DNA of 64,000 nt from Sminthopsis crassicaudata (GCF_048593235.1 NC_133619.1:457897644-457961643); one strand, 5' to 3'. Positions 1 through 12,599 are shown, numbered from the stretch's first letter. Notes: generated from the letters alone by a model not told the origin. Made by a program: numbers and translations.

Positions 1-435
1 GCTAAAAAAACTAAGAAATTTTAAATATCATTCTTAAGTAATACACACAAGAAACATTAAAGGTTTTTAATTTTAATTTTCTATGTAAGATATATAAATT
101 TTAAAAGGTCCAGCAGACTAATGTTTAGTCTCATACTTCTAATGCTGTGTTGATATGATCATGAACTATAATTCTACTTTGGGAATTCTTACAAGTTTGC
201 TTTGTTACTCTGATTTAAGTAAGAGTTTACTAAGGATTATTTGTCACCCTGAAGGCAATAGTACCCAAGGTAAGAAGGGTTGTATAAATATATGTATATA
301 TTCACTGGTTATGTGCTCCAATGTCATCTATGCAATGGTGCATGAGAGTCCCCCAGTTTGAAATTTGGTGGCCCGAAGAAGAAAATGACAGAAACTAAAG
401 GACAAGCTAAAGAAGTACCAACAATCTTTACATAA

Positions 436-486
436 TAGTTTATCAAAGTAATTAGTTTTTATCAAAGTAATAGTTTTATCAAAGTA
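436..486. repeat. Three-copy ~17-bp tandem repeat (TAGTT(T)nATCAAAGTAA)
   Basis: Directly visible; units differ only in T-run length. Confidence 0.9.
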
Positions 487-1776
487 AAAAGTTACAAATA
501 CATTTTGGCACCTACCACCATCCTTAAAGCACTATCAACTAACAGTGACTTCTAATTGATAGAAGAGACTTTTTTGAAAGGGTAATAAGCCTTTTAATCT
601 CTGTGAAAATGAAGTAAGGTTCTTTTCTACTAAATTCTTATTGCCTGACACTAAGTATACTCAGATCTCACCCATCCATAATATCCCACATGTAACAGCA
701 GTCTTTTAAAGCTATTATTTTTTTCTTTCTTTTTCACTCCCAAAAGTGATCTGTACTTGACTGTCAATTCCCTTTCACCGATTTCTTTTACTTGAATCCT
801 TCAGTCCAATGAAATTTCTTCATGTAGTCAACATAAGTCAACATTTAAGCCCCTTAAATTCAAGAACCTTTCCCACTTTGAAATCCACTCAGTATTTTTG
901 GTAACTACAGAATAACCACTCCTAAAGTAATTCTTCACAATTTCAGCATCAACTCACCATTTTCTTGTCTCCTCAAATTTCCTAACCTTATATTTCCTCA
1001 ATTTCCTTAACAGTCATGAGCAAAGATCATGTTTAACAAGCAGTTCACCAGAAAAAGAAAAAGTATGTTACACACCCTTTTAAGTTTATTCTGCATTATC
1101 AACATTTTCTTCATCACTTTCTTAATTCCAGAAATCAACAGAATAATAAACCAAGCTATGATTTGTAGGATTTTCCACTTTTTAAGGTATAAATACACAC
1201 ATTGGAAATTTCTTGCAGGCTGTTTTGAGCTATCCCAGATACTGAATCCTTTTCTCCTGCTTTTAAGCTATGGTGACCTACACATATAAGGAGGGTTCTC
1301 CCACTAGATTTTTCCACTACCCTAAACTGTTCATTTCTCTAATTAAAAACTCTGACATTCCCCTGCCTGTAACCTCCTAGCATTATATTTCCTCACGTTA
1401 CTTCTTCCACTTGGGGGAATCTAAAATGGGACTTACTCATATTTTGTAGTTCTGGAGATTGTACATTCCCTACCTACATATTACAGTGCCCCCTATTTCC
1501 TCAGAGAGTCGCAAAAATTTTTGTTCTATTCTGGTAGGACCCATGCAGGATATAGTCCTAAATAATATAAAGTAGGTATTATAATGGTCTCTCCAATTGT
1601 ACCTTTATGTCTCTGCAAGGCTCAAATTTCTGGACATATACAGAAAAACCTGATTACGTTAAGCTTTTGGCAAGCACACAGGGGTAGAAAGAATAAGCAG
1701 CTTATCAGGCTTCTGGAGCTGCAGGTTCCTCAGAGTCGTTAAGCACCATACCACTTCTGAAAAGCAACCATTCACC

Positions 1777-2247
1777 TGTTACTGGGAACTGGTTAATGAA
1801 AAGATCACACTAGATTACCTGATGAGCAAGGCACAGAACAAAAGGGCTTTATCATTAAAAGGAAAAATCATGCTCACCTGGGACTCTCCAAAGAATTGTG
1901 ACTATGGCAAAGGGTGAGGTCTTCATTTCAGGCTCTGAACCTCTGCCTGCTCTACTAACCCAGTGGTGGTCTATCTATAAGGGCCTGGCTCATTTTTTCA
2001 CTCCTTCTCTCAAAACTTTTTCATGGCAGCATTGTAGCCTGCAGCTCAGTCCTTTGGGAGAATTTCTCAAGACCCCATGCCCTGGGATTTCCTCTATTAC
2101 CAGATTATTGGTTGTTGAAGTCCAAATCCACATATAAGTTTCAGAAGTACTTCACATTGACTTCTGAATGGTGAATATGGATCCAGCTATGTGGTCTGGG
2201 TTTTGGAGAACACAGGATCAGATAATCAGGGGATTTTTCCTCTAACA
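1777..2247 (-). mobile_element. Old LTR-like element (471 bp)
   Basis: Minus strand TGTTA...TAACA termini, TATA-like CTTATAGATAG, degenerate poly(A)-signal-like ATGATAAAGCCC near the 3' end; no TSD. Confidence 0.4.
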
Positions 2248-3094
2248 TTAGGAGGAATGGAGACACTTTGTTGATGTCCCATTTTACACTGTTTTATTTT
2301 TGGGGTATGTTAGCATCCATCATATGCTTTGTTCAACTAAATAACCAATTAAAAAAATGACAGAGGAGGCTCACTGTCAAGGATATGAGTCGTGATCCTC
2401 CATGATGCTGGGAGTGATCTCCATAATTGCAGCCAAATAGAATTTCTTATTACCCAAATGACTTTAAACCTCTTCCCAGCTGGCCAACTGGTATTTTCCC
2501 TCCATTTAAAGGCAAGAATTTTGCCCCTGACAATCTAGAACTGTAACATTAGAATCTCCCAGAACTCATGTCTATGATGAATCAATGGCACCCTTCTACA
2601 AAGAATCAGAGTTCTTCAGATCAGCAATTCTTTGGATCCAGTCTTCAAGAAGACTTATCCATTAAGAATGGTCTGCTTTTGAATATTGTCCTACCTGACT
2701 TTCACTGGCTCTTCCTTATTCCTTCACCAGGGTCTGGATCCTTGATTCTCTAGATCAATATCCCTTAAGGAGGGCTCTGTACATTTTGAGAAAATAACTT
2801 TAATTCTAACCCCTATCCCTGCTTTTCCTCTGGGATAGTTTCTGCAACTCCTTCCCAGAAAGAATTTGAGGGACCACACATTGTTGGGAGGTGCTGTCCT
2901 TTCTAATACAATAAAGAAGACAAAGGTGTGTTCACTTTAAAAAAAAAAAAAAAGGGAATCCTCAAGATGATGAATATTCCTTAGCATCCCTATGTGTGCA
3001 AGTGGCAGTGAGCCTGCAAAAGTCTCTAAAGGGGTTTCATCTTTTTGATGAGGCTTAAAGATTTGGGCAGATGAAGCAAAGAATACCTAGTGGA

Positions 3095-3155
3095 GAACAT
3101 CATTATACCAGTGCTTGGCACATAGTAAGTGCTATATAAATGTTGCTATCATTTT
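3095..3155 (+). mobile_element. MIR/CORE-SINE 3' tail fragment
   Basis: gtgcttggcacatagtaagtgctatataaatgttgctat resembles the MIR/L2-derived tail. Confidence 0.65.
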
Positions 3156-3384
3156 TTCATATTCTGGAACAGGTAATGGATACGAGGCTTATGACTAGCT
3201 ATTTTACTACAGTTGATCCTGATCCAAAAAAGAGAATCCTTGACAGTGCCTGAAGTGTGCTGTGCTATGAACTTGATACTTTGGTGTTTCTTTTATTCAT
3301 CATGATCACCTCATGTCAATTTGGCATTATTGTGATCTGGGATTTTGTCTTTCTGTAGAAGGGAGGCAAAAACTAGAATTTTTA

Positions 3385-3780
3385 AAAATTAAATTAATTT
3401 TAATTAACAATTTTCCCCTTTAATCCCACTTCTTTTTCCCCCCTTACCTTTATTCACCCTCACCCCCAACATTGAAAAAAAGAAGAAAAATAAACCTTAG
3501 TAATAACAAATATACAGAGGCAAAATAAATTCCAATGTTCACCATGTCAAAAAAAAATGTATGCCTCATTTTTTATTCTAAGTTCACCCTCTGTTACGAT
3601 ATGAGCAACAAATTTTATCACCAGTCTTTTGGAGTTGTAAAGATTTGTGATTTTCATTTTCCTCCATATTTTAGTCATTCCTCTGAATGGTCTTTGAAAT
3701 TCTGTTTTCTTTTTTGTTATCTTTTTAATTTTTTTTCTCTTTTCACTTTTGATTGTCTATGCAAAATTCATTGCAACCAC
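3385..3780 (-). mobile_element. Old marsupial L1 3'UTR fragment
   Basis: T-rich tail followed by motifs recurrent in marsupial L1 3' ends; related sequence at ~10190-10340. Confidence 0.55.
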
Positions 3781-4379
3781 AAGACTTGAATTAACAAAAG
3801 CCTTTAATTCATCTTTAGGACTTTATCACAAAGATATCAGAAGTAATAAATAGGATCTTTTTTTTTTTTTTGCCAAGGTCTCCCAATTTCCCATCATGTT
3901 AGAATTATTTGTTCACTAAAAGGCAAAAAAAAAAAAAAAAAAAGCTATTTGTAAGACCTGATTGGCCCAGAGACCATCAATATTCATCAATATAGTTTCG
4001 TGATCACCTAAAGTCATAAAATGCAATTGCAAGATGATGGGAACCTTCAGATTGTAGAGAATGTCTTAAGACCATACAAATCATCACACTATGTCCTAAA
4101 ATGAATTTTTTCTGAATAGAGGCTAAAAGAGGTCATGTCTATATGAGTTAAGTGCTGTAGTATCCTTGTTGAATATCTTTTCTTTTGCAACTAAACTTCT
4201 TTATGCTAGTTTTTGAACAGTAAGTATCTTATTTCATTTCAATACGAGACTTTTACAGGGTACTTGCTTGAACCAGGATGCCTATGACATGTCTATTCAT
4301 AAATTATTTACTGAAGTTAGAGGAAATCTCATAACTATATTGATTAGGTGCATGACAAATGTCACCCAACATTAACCTG

Positions 4380-6420
4380 GCCCTTTCTGTAGAAAGGCAA
4401 TCCTTTTATTTCTCCCTAATAATAGAATCTCTTCCAAGCTTCATCCTTCCTCTCTCTTAAAGATCTTGCAACTTAATTTCACTGGAAAAAAGGAGATCCT
4501 TCTACATGAGATCTTTCTTCTCCCTTTTGTAAATCATATTATTACTTTAACTTCAGTCTCTGACAACTTGATTCTTTTTCTACAAAGGTCAACTTTTCTA
4601 TATATGTAAGTGGTCACAACACTTCCAGCATTGTCCAGAAGATTACATCCTCAATTATCCCCTCTCTCTAGAATCTTTGACCTATTACTATTAATTGGTT
4701 CTTTCCCTAACACGCTTACTTAGCATGCCCAAACTCTTCATTTTATTTAAAACAAAACAACCCCGCCCCCTAGCAATTATCTTATTGCTTACTTTGTCAG
4801 CAAAATTCTTAGAAATATTGATCTACACTGATGTATTTATTCCCCTTCCCCTCTCTCCTTTGTAATCTGGTTTCTTATCTCATCACACAAATGAAATTAA
4901 GTCTTCAAAAATGTACACTCCTGCCAAATACCTTGGTCTTTTCTGAATCCTATTCTTTTTTAATCTGACATTGTTGACCTTCCTGTCTTCCTAGATCTTT
5001 ACTCCTTGCTTTTTGTGATACTTAACTTTCTCCTGGTTTTCCTCTTTTTTGAACTATTCCTTCTCAAAATCCATAAGATGCTCCCTACCTATATTAGAGA
5101 GCCTTAACACACTTGCCCTTTAGACATTTCAAACTATATCCCAGAGGTACCTTAAGTTTAGAGTTTTTAGTAAATTTAGTATCTTTCCCTCTAAATTATA
5201 GTTCTTCAAAACTGTCATATTGATGCTGAAGCTACTGTGAACTTTGCAGGCTCGCTGGTTTGTAATCTCCTAATTATTCTAAATTTTTCATTCTCTCTAA
5301 TTTCACATGTCCAATCACTTGCCATATCTTCCCACTTCTACAACTTCAACAACATTTATTGTAACTTTTGGGTCCAACTGATCTTTCCAGCCTCATTAGA
5401 CATTCTTTTTGTTCCTACACTATGAAATCCCGTCAAGTTAGCCTTCTTCCAGTTCCTCGCATGTGACACATCATGTCTTGTAATATGTGACACTTTAGTC
5501 TTGTAAAATGGAACTACTTCCTAACTTCCACCTCAGAGTCTCTCCTGCCTTCACAATGAAGCTCAACTCTTAATTTCTGCCTTTTCTGATTCTCCCAACT
5601 ACAAGTACTCTCCTTCCAATTTACTTTATATTTAACTTCATATATTTTTGTATTTATTAACTTTATATTCAGGCAGGAGTTTTCACATGCACTTGTTTTT
5701 TTCCTCCATTAGGATACGCAAAGTGAAAATAGAAATTATTAGATTCCTTTTATTAATATCCTCAGCAATTAGCATGGGGCCTAACATATAGCAGATAATA
5801 AATACTTGCTGAATGATGACTGCCTCTATTATTACCATGATCTCCTAATTGGTCTTGCCTTTAGTTTATCACCTTTCTAAACCATTTTCCACAAAGCTTC
5901 TTCAAATAGTCATCCTAATGCACCATTCTGATTATGGCACTTATTTATCCAAAAGCTCTTAATGGATTCTCATAGTCTTCTAAAAAATATAAATTCTAGA
6001 ACTTAAGCTTGAAAGTTTTTAAGGCTCAAAACTACCTTTCCAGAATCATCTCAGACCTTACATGGGAGCCAAACCAGTCCATTTTAATTCCTCCTCCTGC
6101 TTGGAATGCATTCTTCTAGGACCCTATCTGCAATCTGAAAGGAACAAAGCTCAAATCAGCTATCAACTCCTTGATGATGCTATTACAAGAAAAAATGATC
6201 CTCAGCTTGTCAAAACTAACTTTTCCTGAGTTTCTTCTTAGGATTTATATCACTATCTTCTGTAGTTATTCTTTTATTTTTATCATTATTTGTATAATTA
6301 ACTTTTTCTTTTCCAGATTATTCTATAAACTACTTAAAGGGTCTGTGTTAAAATATCTTTATATTAACAGACAATAAGTACAAATTACATACATATTAAA
6401 TATCTCTGCCAAGGTAGTAA
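4380..6420 (+). mobile_element. Degenerate L2 LINE fragments (at least two)
   Basis: Pyrimidine-rich L2-like body; L2 3' end cctaacatatagcagataataaatacttgctgaatga at ~5780-5817. Confidence 0.6.
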
Positions 6421-7614
6421 TTCAATAACTATTTGCTGAAGCAAATAAAAAAATCTCTGCAATTTTCTCATATTTTCTCTAAACCTTAGTCCTCAGAATA
6501 GTTTGGCCTCTAATTTTAAGGAAAGAAGACAGTCTAACTTTATGCTAAATTTTTTAAAATTGTGGAATCATTTAACTTCAAGACAAATAAGTACAATATC
6601 ATTATCAGATCTGAGATGGAGTAGTGAAACATTCATTAAAGGCACAGAACTTAGTTTAACATACACTAAAATAATTAACCCCAAATTATCATTTTTCAAC
6701 TATCATCTGTTCAACTCTAGATATTAGTTTGCTAAGAAAAAACATATAAGATACACAGTTTTTAGGGTCTATATCAGTTTAAGAAAGAAAAAAACTAGCA
6801 GTTTATCAAAAATTTCTCACTGCGGCTTTCAAGTTTAGGGATTTAATTCCTAGAAGATTTGCCTGTCAAATATCCATTGGAGTCTCCTAAGATTTTTGTA
6901 TTCTGAACAAGATTAGGAAAAATTAAAATTTATACTTTCCTAACTCTGCTGCAAAATATCAAGGTAATAAATTTGGAAAATTCAATTTCTCCAATCAAAA
7001 CACATAGTATCTTATAATAGCAAAATACTTTTGCATAAGAGAAATAGCATTAATTCTTTGAAAGTCAACATAAAACATGACATTAAAGCAAACTTGCACA
7101 GATTTTACAAACTATAAAACATCAGCTCACAAAATGAATATGCTTTGATTCGCACAAACACAACAAATACAGCCTTTGTCTACAGGTGAGTGAGACAGCC
7201 CTGGATATCTAGGCAATGTGGAAACAAAAAAATCTTTAAAAGTCTTAAAGTCACAAAGTTGCCAGAGCACTGATATGAAAAACCAGCATTTCAGGTCTGC
7301 TTTACAAATATTTTAGTGCATGCAAACAATATGCAATGCATAGCAAACAAAGACACCAATTACCATATATATAAATATGTGTGTTTCCTTACTTGCAGAT
7401 GTATAAGTATCCTGCATGGTCAAATTCTGACTTGAACCTTGAGGAGGTCTACATTTCAGTCATCCCAATGTATTCAGGGATGTAAATACCTTATAATCAG
7501 AAAATGTGAATGGGTCAAGGAAAAAATTTAAAGCACATCCAGAGATTAACTTTTAAATTACTAAAGAAAATTAATCTTTTAAAAAATAATTAATAAAAGA
7601 GGATGGTAAAGTAC

Positions 7615-7743
7615 CTGCTCCTTCACAGAGGCAAGAATAGTAGTGGCTGTGGTTTCTGGTTCCATGCCTGGGTCTGTGGAAGCTTTCTGGTTGGTTTGTT
7701 GCAGCCCCTCTTCCACCAAGGGGGTCTGCTCAGGAGCTGGCAT
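7615..7743 (-). CDS. PKP4: Plakophilin-4 (p0071), first coding exon, 43 codons
   Basis: Minus-strand translation MPAPEQTPLVEEGLQQTNQKASTDPGMEPETTATTILASVKEQ closely matches the recalled human PKP4 N-terminus (MPAPEQASLVEEGQPQTRQEAASTGPGMEPETTATTILASVKEQ). Phase-0 donor CAG|GTACTT (GT at 7614-7613). Missed by the ORF track because it is a short spliced exon. Confidence 0.96.
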
Positions 7744-7750
7744 TCCTCCT
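7744..7750 (-). other. PKP4: Splice acceptor and 5-nt 5'UTR part (GAGGA) of the PKP4 start-codon exon
   Basis: Minus strand reads ttgactgcttggttgcag|GAGGA|ATG; AG at 7750-7749. Implies a non-coding exon further upstream. Confidence 0.88.
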
Positions 7751-7948
7751 GCAACCAAGCAGTCAATGAGTTAACTAACACTCTCAGCTACTAGTGCTGA
7801 AGCATCACTTGAATTTAGAAATTAAAGACTGTTTCTCAAACATTTTATAGGCTTAAACACAAAACATTTAACATTTAAAAAAGGGCAAACAAAAGAAATT
7901 CTCATAACCAAAAACTATTCCTTACCTATTAATAAAAAAAAAACCTCA

Positions 7949-7952
<4 letters not shown>

Positions 7953-7978
<26 letters not shown>
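7953..7978. repeat. (AT)n microsatellite
   Basis: Directly visible. Confidence 0.97.
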
Positions 7979-7985
<7 letters not shown>

Positions 7986-10189
7986 GTTACTAGAGATAAA
8001 AAAATTGGCATTCTTTAAACATATTTAAATATCTTTAAAAAGACAAGTGGAAAATATTATAATATTTTATAGTACAAGATGAACAACAAAAAGGAAGAAA
8101 TTTTTGTCAGTGAAATTTAAGGCAGTTCATGATTAGAAATTTGCTCTCATTTTTTAAATTGAAGGTCAACAATGTTCAACAAGTAAATTACATATAAGAC
8201 AAGTTAACATATTATCTATTCTATAGCATCAACTAAATAAGATTCTCACAGAATAATCAAATTGCAAAGTATATAGTTGGGATGAGTGATAGGAAAGCAG
8301 AATTAAAAAAAAAAATTGTTCATTATCATTAAATGTTCACTAAAGGGCATTTAAGATTTTGTTTCTAGAACACAAAAAACAAAAACAAGAAAAAGGAGTT
8401 AGAATTGTCATCGACATTTGATTTCTTTTGGACAACCATGATTTAACATACAAAGATATAGGATGTACTATTAGAATATATTTCAGGCTCATACTTGATA
8501 CGAATAATGCTAGTCTTTTAAGTTAAAGCAAGATGACTGTATTTGACACTCTAAAGAACAAAAAATGTCAATTTTAACACATTATAGGTAGGAAAAACTA
8601 AGTTGGCATGAATGGAAAAGAGAAAAACTTCTTAGTTCTTTCTAGTGTTATCATGAACCAAACATAAAACCACAAAATGATGTCCTGAAAATATCAAAAA
8701 GTAATTCTGGCAAGCATTGTATATTAGCACATTCTAATGCATTACTAGATGAAATCCTTACGGGCAGATTTCAACTAGTTTGCTTTCTAAGAAAATATCA
8801 ATACTCAGAGATTATTTTTAAAAAATGGCAAAAAAAAAAAAAAAGAAAAAAAAGAAAACAGAATCTGCTAAATTTTTAAAGAATTTTTGCTGATGAAGGT
8901 AAGTTAATATAGGTATTTTTAAAAGTATAGTGGCATGAAAAAATTAGCTTACAATTTCAACAAGAGCTTGGTTTGATATAAAGGAGTTAATCATTGAAAA
9001 ACTCTGGAATAAGCCAAACAGAAAACAGGGATAGTCTTACATGCCTCTATAACAAGTGACAGAACCAGCAAGATTAAATAAGAGTAATAAATCTTCTTAT
9101 ATAAGTACTTCATACTTTTACCTACAATAAGAGGCAAAACTCGGCTTCTTATTCTTAAATACATTTATTCCCTATTTAATTTTGCTAAAAGTACAAAAAT
9201 ACTTCAAAAATTGAGAGTTGGAAATTAAGCTACATTCCATTATTCAGGTCCATTATTCTTTAATAATATCAATGAATCAACTATGTCTAATTAGCTCAAC
9301 ATCTGATTTTCATAAATCCATATTTATTTAACAGAAAAAGCTAACAAAAATGTTTAACTGTAACCTCAATGTGTTGAATAAAAAGGAAGGGAAGAGTGAT
9401 TTGCAAATAAATTTTATTTGTATTTTGATTAAGAAAAGGGAGTATATTTAATGGGAAATATAGCATACAAAATGGAATACAAATGTACTTTTAAGACAGT
9501 TAAAAGAACTATGAAGAGAAAGAAGGTGAAATGGAAAAAACATAACAATACACATTTTTAACTGACAATTGATAGAGATAAGAAATATTACTACATAAAA
9601 ATAAAACAAAGCAACAATTTTAAAAATGTAAATGCCTAAATTATTAGGAAATAAAGCAAGAAAAATTGTTAAGATTGAATTTTGAAAATTTTCATAAAGG
9701 AAAAGGGGACTGGGGAGGAAACTTCATTGATAAAGTAATGACATTAAGCTTTGAGAATAAGCAAAAAAATTAATGGATAAACATAACCTTTTCCATAAAA
9801 TGTAAAAGCCACAGAATTATGTGGTTAAGCCTTTTATTACAATACTGAATAACTTCCTTATGTCTATAAAAAACCAACCATGTCCTTAAAACTGTACAAA
9901 GTTTCTTTGGTGGAGGGCTGGAGAATGAGTGTCATTTAAATACTATACAAATATAAGATATGTACATTATCCACAAAGGGGTTTCTCATCTTAATGAGCA
10001 GACTGAACATTATGTATGACTGCAGAACAAGACAACAGATATACTCAAGCTAGCACTATTAAACAGTTCTAACAAAACACAATGTTAATAATGTTATAAA
10101 TGAGTGACCAATGCAAAGACATATGTATAGAAGTATCAAAAAAACTAAAAACACAAATCTTTTAACAAATATTATAATAAAGTAAAACA

Positions 10190-11590
10190 GATTTTCACAC
10201 TCAATCCTAATGTCTCATTATACATCTTAAATTCATCACTCCTCTCTTTGAATATCTAGACTATAATCAGCTCTGGAATCATGGTGGGTTACCACACTGA
10301 TCAGAATTTATAAATCTTTTCAAATTATTTGAACAACTTTTTTATCTTGGAAACGAGAAATGCACCGAAAATACTTTCCTCTCCTTTACATGCCATCCCC
10401 TTTCTAACTTTATATTGGTTTTGTTTGTATAAAATCTTTTTGATTTTGTATAATCAAAATTATTTTGTCTTCTCTTAATTCTTTCTACTTTTTGTTTGAA
10501 TATAAGTTCTTCCTTTACCCATAGATCCTTAAGTAAACTTTTCCCCTTAACTTTTTCTTGCTTATAGAGTTCTATAACAGTCCAGTAAAAAATACAGACT
10601 TGTAAACATAAAAATATAAAAACTTTCTTGACATTTTTTGAAAGCATAAACATTATAAAAGAAACTAATTATATTGAAAGTTAACAATTATTTTAAAAAT
10701 CAAATTCAGGATCTCAAGTATAAGTCACATGATCCATTTGGAGCCAATCTTTCTATATTGTGTGAAGTATTGATCTAAACCTAATTTCTGCCAACCTGCA
10801 TTTCAAATTCCCAATCTTATCCCACTGTTGGAATCTTTGGCTTTATACACAATATTAGGCTATTAGATTCAATCCCATCTATATGTTCTTAATCTAGTCT
10901 CCTAACTGATACCTACTTTAACGAAAAATGTTGATGTAATTTTGATGACTACTGCTTTATAGTACAATTTTAGAGCTGGTATTGCCAAATCCTTTTCCTT
11001 TCTATCTTTTTTTCTTTTTTGGTATTTTTTGTAAGATTTTTGGTCATTAGCTCCTCCAGATTCATTATTTTTTCTAGCTATATGAAAATCACGTTTCAGT
11101 AATCTGATTGGCAATACATTAAAAAAAAGTAAATTTATATAGTCATTTTTATTACATTAGTTCAGCCCATGTATGAACAATTAATATTTTCTAATAATTT
11201 AGATATATTTCCATAAAGCATTTTATAGCTATATTCTTATACAACACATTAAAAGTTCCAATTAGAAGATAATTAATAGCTTTGGAGAGGGAAGTTTCAG
11301 TTGAAATATGAAATCAAAGGTCAGACTAGAGAGTTTAAAAATAAGAGTAAGGGAAGTAGAGTTAGTAATTGTGAATGGCTTTCTCTTTTTTCCAGGTTTG
11401 TGTCTTACTGTCTCTGCCACTATCAATAACTTTTGTTTTTTGCTAATTCTTCTAAGCTTATTTCTTAACACTGGGCCAGGTGTACTCACTTTTACAAATA
11501 ATGGATGGACCATAATTGAGACATGCTGTGTTCTTTTGACTCTTGCTCTGGCTTTCTTGGGCTATTGAGTGTTGTTATTGAGATATTCAG
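10190..11590 (-). mobile_element. Decayed L1 fragments (ORF2 C-terminal region and 3'UTRs)
   Basis: ORF-track peptides NNFDYTKSKRFYTNKTN (10342-10653) and DLAIPALKLYYKAVVIK (10902-11114) match L1 ORF2 motifs in the correct order. Confidence 0.85.
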
Positions 11591-11596
11591 GATGAT

Positions 11597-11772
11597 GTAG
11601 TCCCTGAGATTCAGGAATAACCCTTTGCTTATATCTTTTTAATCATCTCTTGCCAAGGTCCCAGCAGCTAGGTCCTCTGAAGGGCCCAGAATAAGTCCTT
11701 AAATGCGAAGGTCTGGGCTAGCTCCTCTGAAGGGCTCAGAATAAGTCCTTGTCAGGATAAGCAAAAGTCCTT
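11597..11772 (-). mobile_element. Retroviral 5' leader remnant with internal duplication
   Basis: Follows the LTR and PBS on the minus strand; two copies of gctag(g/c)tcctctgaaggg(c/t)cagaataagtcctt; no gag ORF follows. Confidence 0.65.
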
Positions 11773-11792
11773 GCCCCACGTTGTGGACGTCA
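11773..11792 (-). other. Degenerate tRNA-Lys(CUU) primer-binding site
   Basis: Plus strand GCCCCACGTTGTGGACGTCA versus tRNA-Lys1,2 3' end GCCCCACGTTGGGCGCCA (first 11 nt exact); lies 3 nt beyond the LTR terminus. Confidence 0.8.
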
Positions 11793-11795
11793 AAA

Positions 11796-12249
11796 TGTAA
11801 TGTTCTGTTGTCTCCAGAAACTGCTGATCCCTCTCTGGGAGGAAATCTTCTGTCTCAACTCAATCTCCTGGCTAGACTCTTCTTCCTCCCCAGAGTAGAC
11901 TAACTCTCTGGGCCCAATGTTGTCTTCTTTTATCCTCCAAGAGATTGTAGTGAGAACTCAAGGGGGCTTGTGAGAAAACACTTCAACCAATGAACTTGCT
12001 CCTTTTAAAGGGGCATGTGAGAACTCAGGGGCTTAAAGGCTTCTTTAACTCAGTCTTCTTAAAGGTGCAAAATTCTTTTAAACATGTAAATTCTACCTCA
12101 GAAGATCAAAGGTGTAAGTAAACTCCCTTCAAAGGCCCCAAACCAAAGGTATGAATTCTGAGCCAGAGAACTGTTCAGACAACCTGAGTTCTCACCTAAC
12201 ACCAGAGAACTGTCCAGACAACCTGAGTTCTCACCTTGTAATCCTAATA
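11796..12249 (-). mobile_element. ERV (probably ERV2/beta-like) 5' LTR
   Basis: Minus strand TATTAG(~TGTTAG)...CATTACA ends; 39-bp-period U3 duplication at 12163-12236; CCAAT motif and TATA-like GATAAAAG; adjacent PBS. Confidence 0.85.
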
Positions 12250-12599
12250 ATATCTACTTTTATTGCCACCTTGGCTGAGATCTTGCTTATACCTCCTTTT
12301 AAAAATCTATCTAAAGCATAATAAAATGTTTTCAATTTTAATGTCATATAAATGTTCAAGTATGTTTCTGGTGTACTAGACCTTGTCAGGATCAGCTACT
12401 ATCCTCTTTTGTATGAGTTTTACCATATTACTTTCTGTAACTGAACCAGCTACACCCAGCAAAAGAACTCTGGGAGATGACTATGAACCACTACATAGAA
12501 TTCACAATCCCACTATTTTTGTCTACCTGCATTTTTTATTTCCTTCACAGGCCAATTGTACACTATTTCAAAGTCTGAATCTTTTTTATACAGCAAAAC

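Larger units (their letters stand above)
1..7614 (-). other. PKP4: Start of the PKP4 intron following the first coding exon
   Basis: Follows the donor; I did not find the expected next coding exon (ELQFQRLTRELE...) in 1-7614. Confidence 0.75.

Noticed and set aside
1-7390. Inverted SINEs flanking the PKP4 exon that could drive circRNA formation
   Set aside because: No WSINE1 partner is visible on the downstream side within the window.
7603-7794. 63-aa plus-strand ORF (MVKYLLLHRG...)
   Set aside because: Antisense shadow of the real PKP4 exon.
10342-11568. Several 70-103 aa ORFs
   Set aside because: Fragments or off-frame reads of decayed L1; not host genes.
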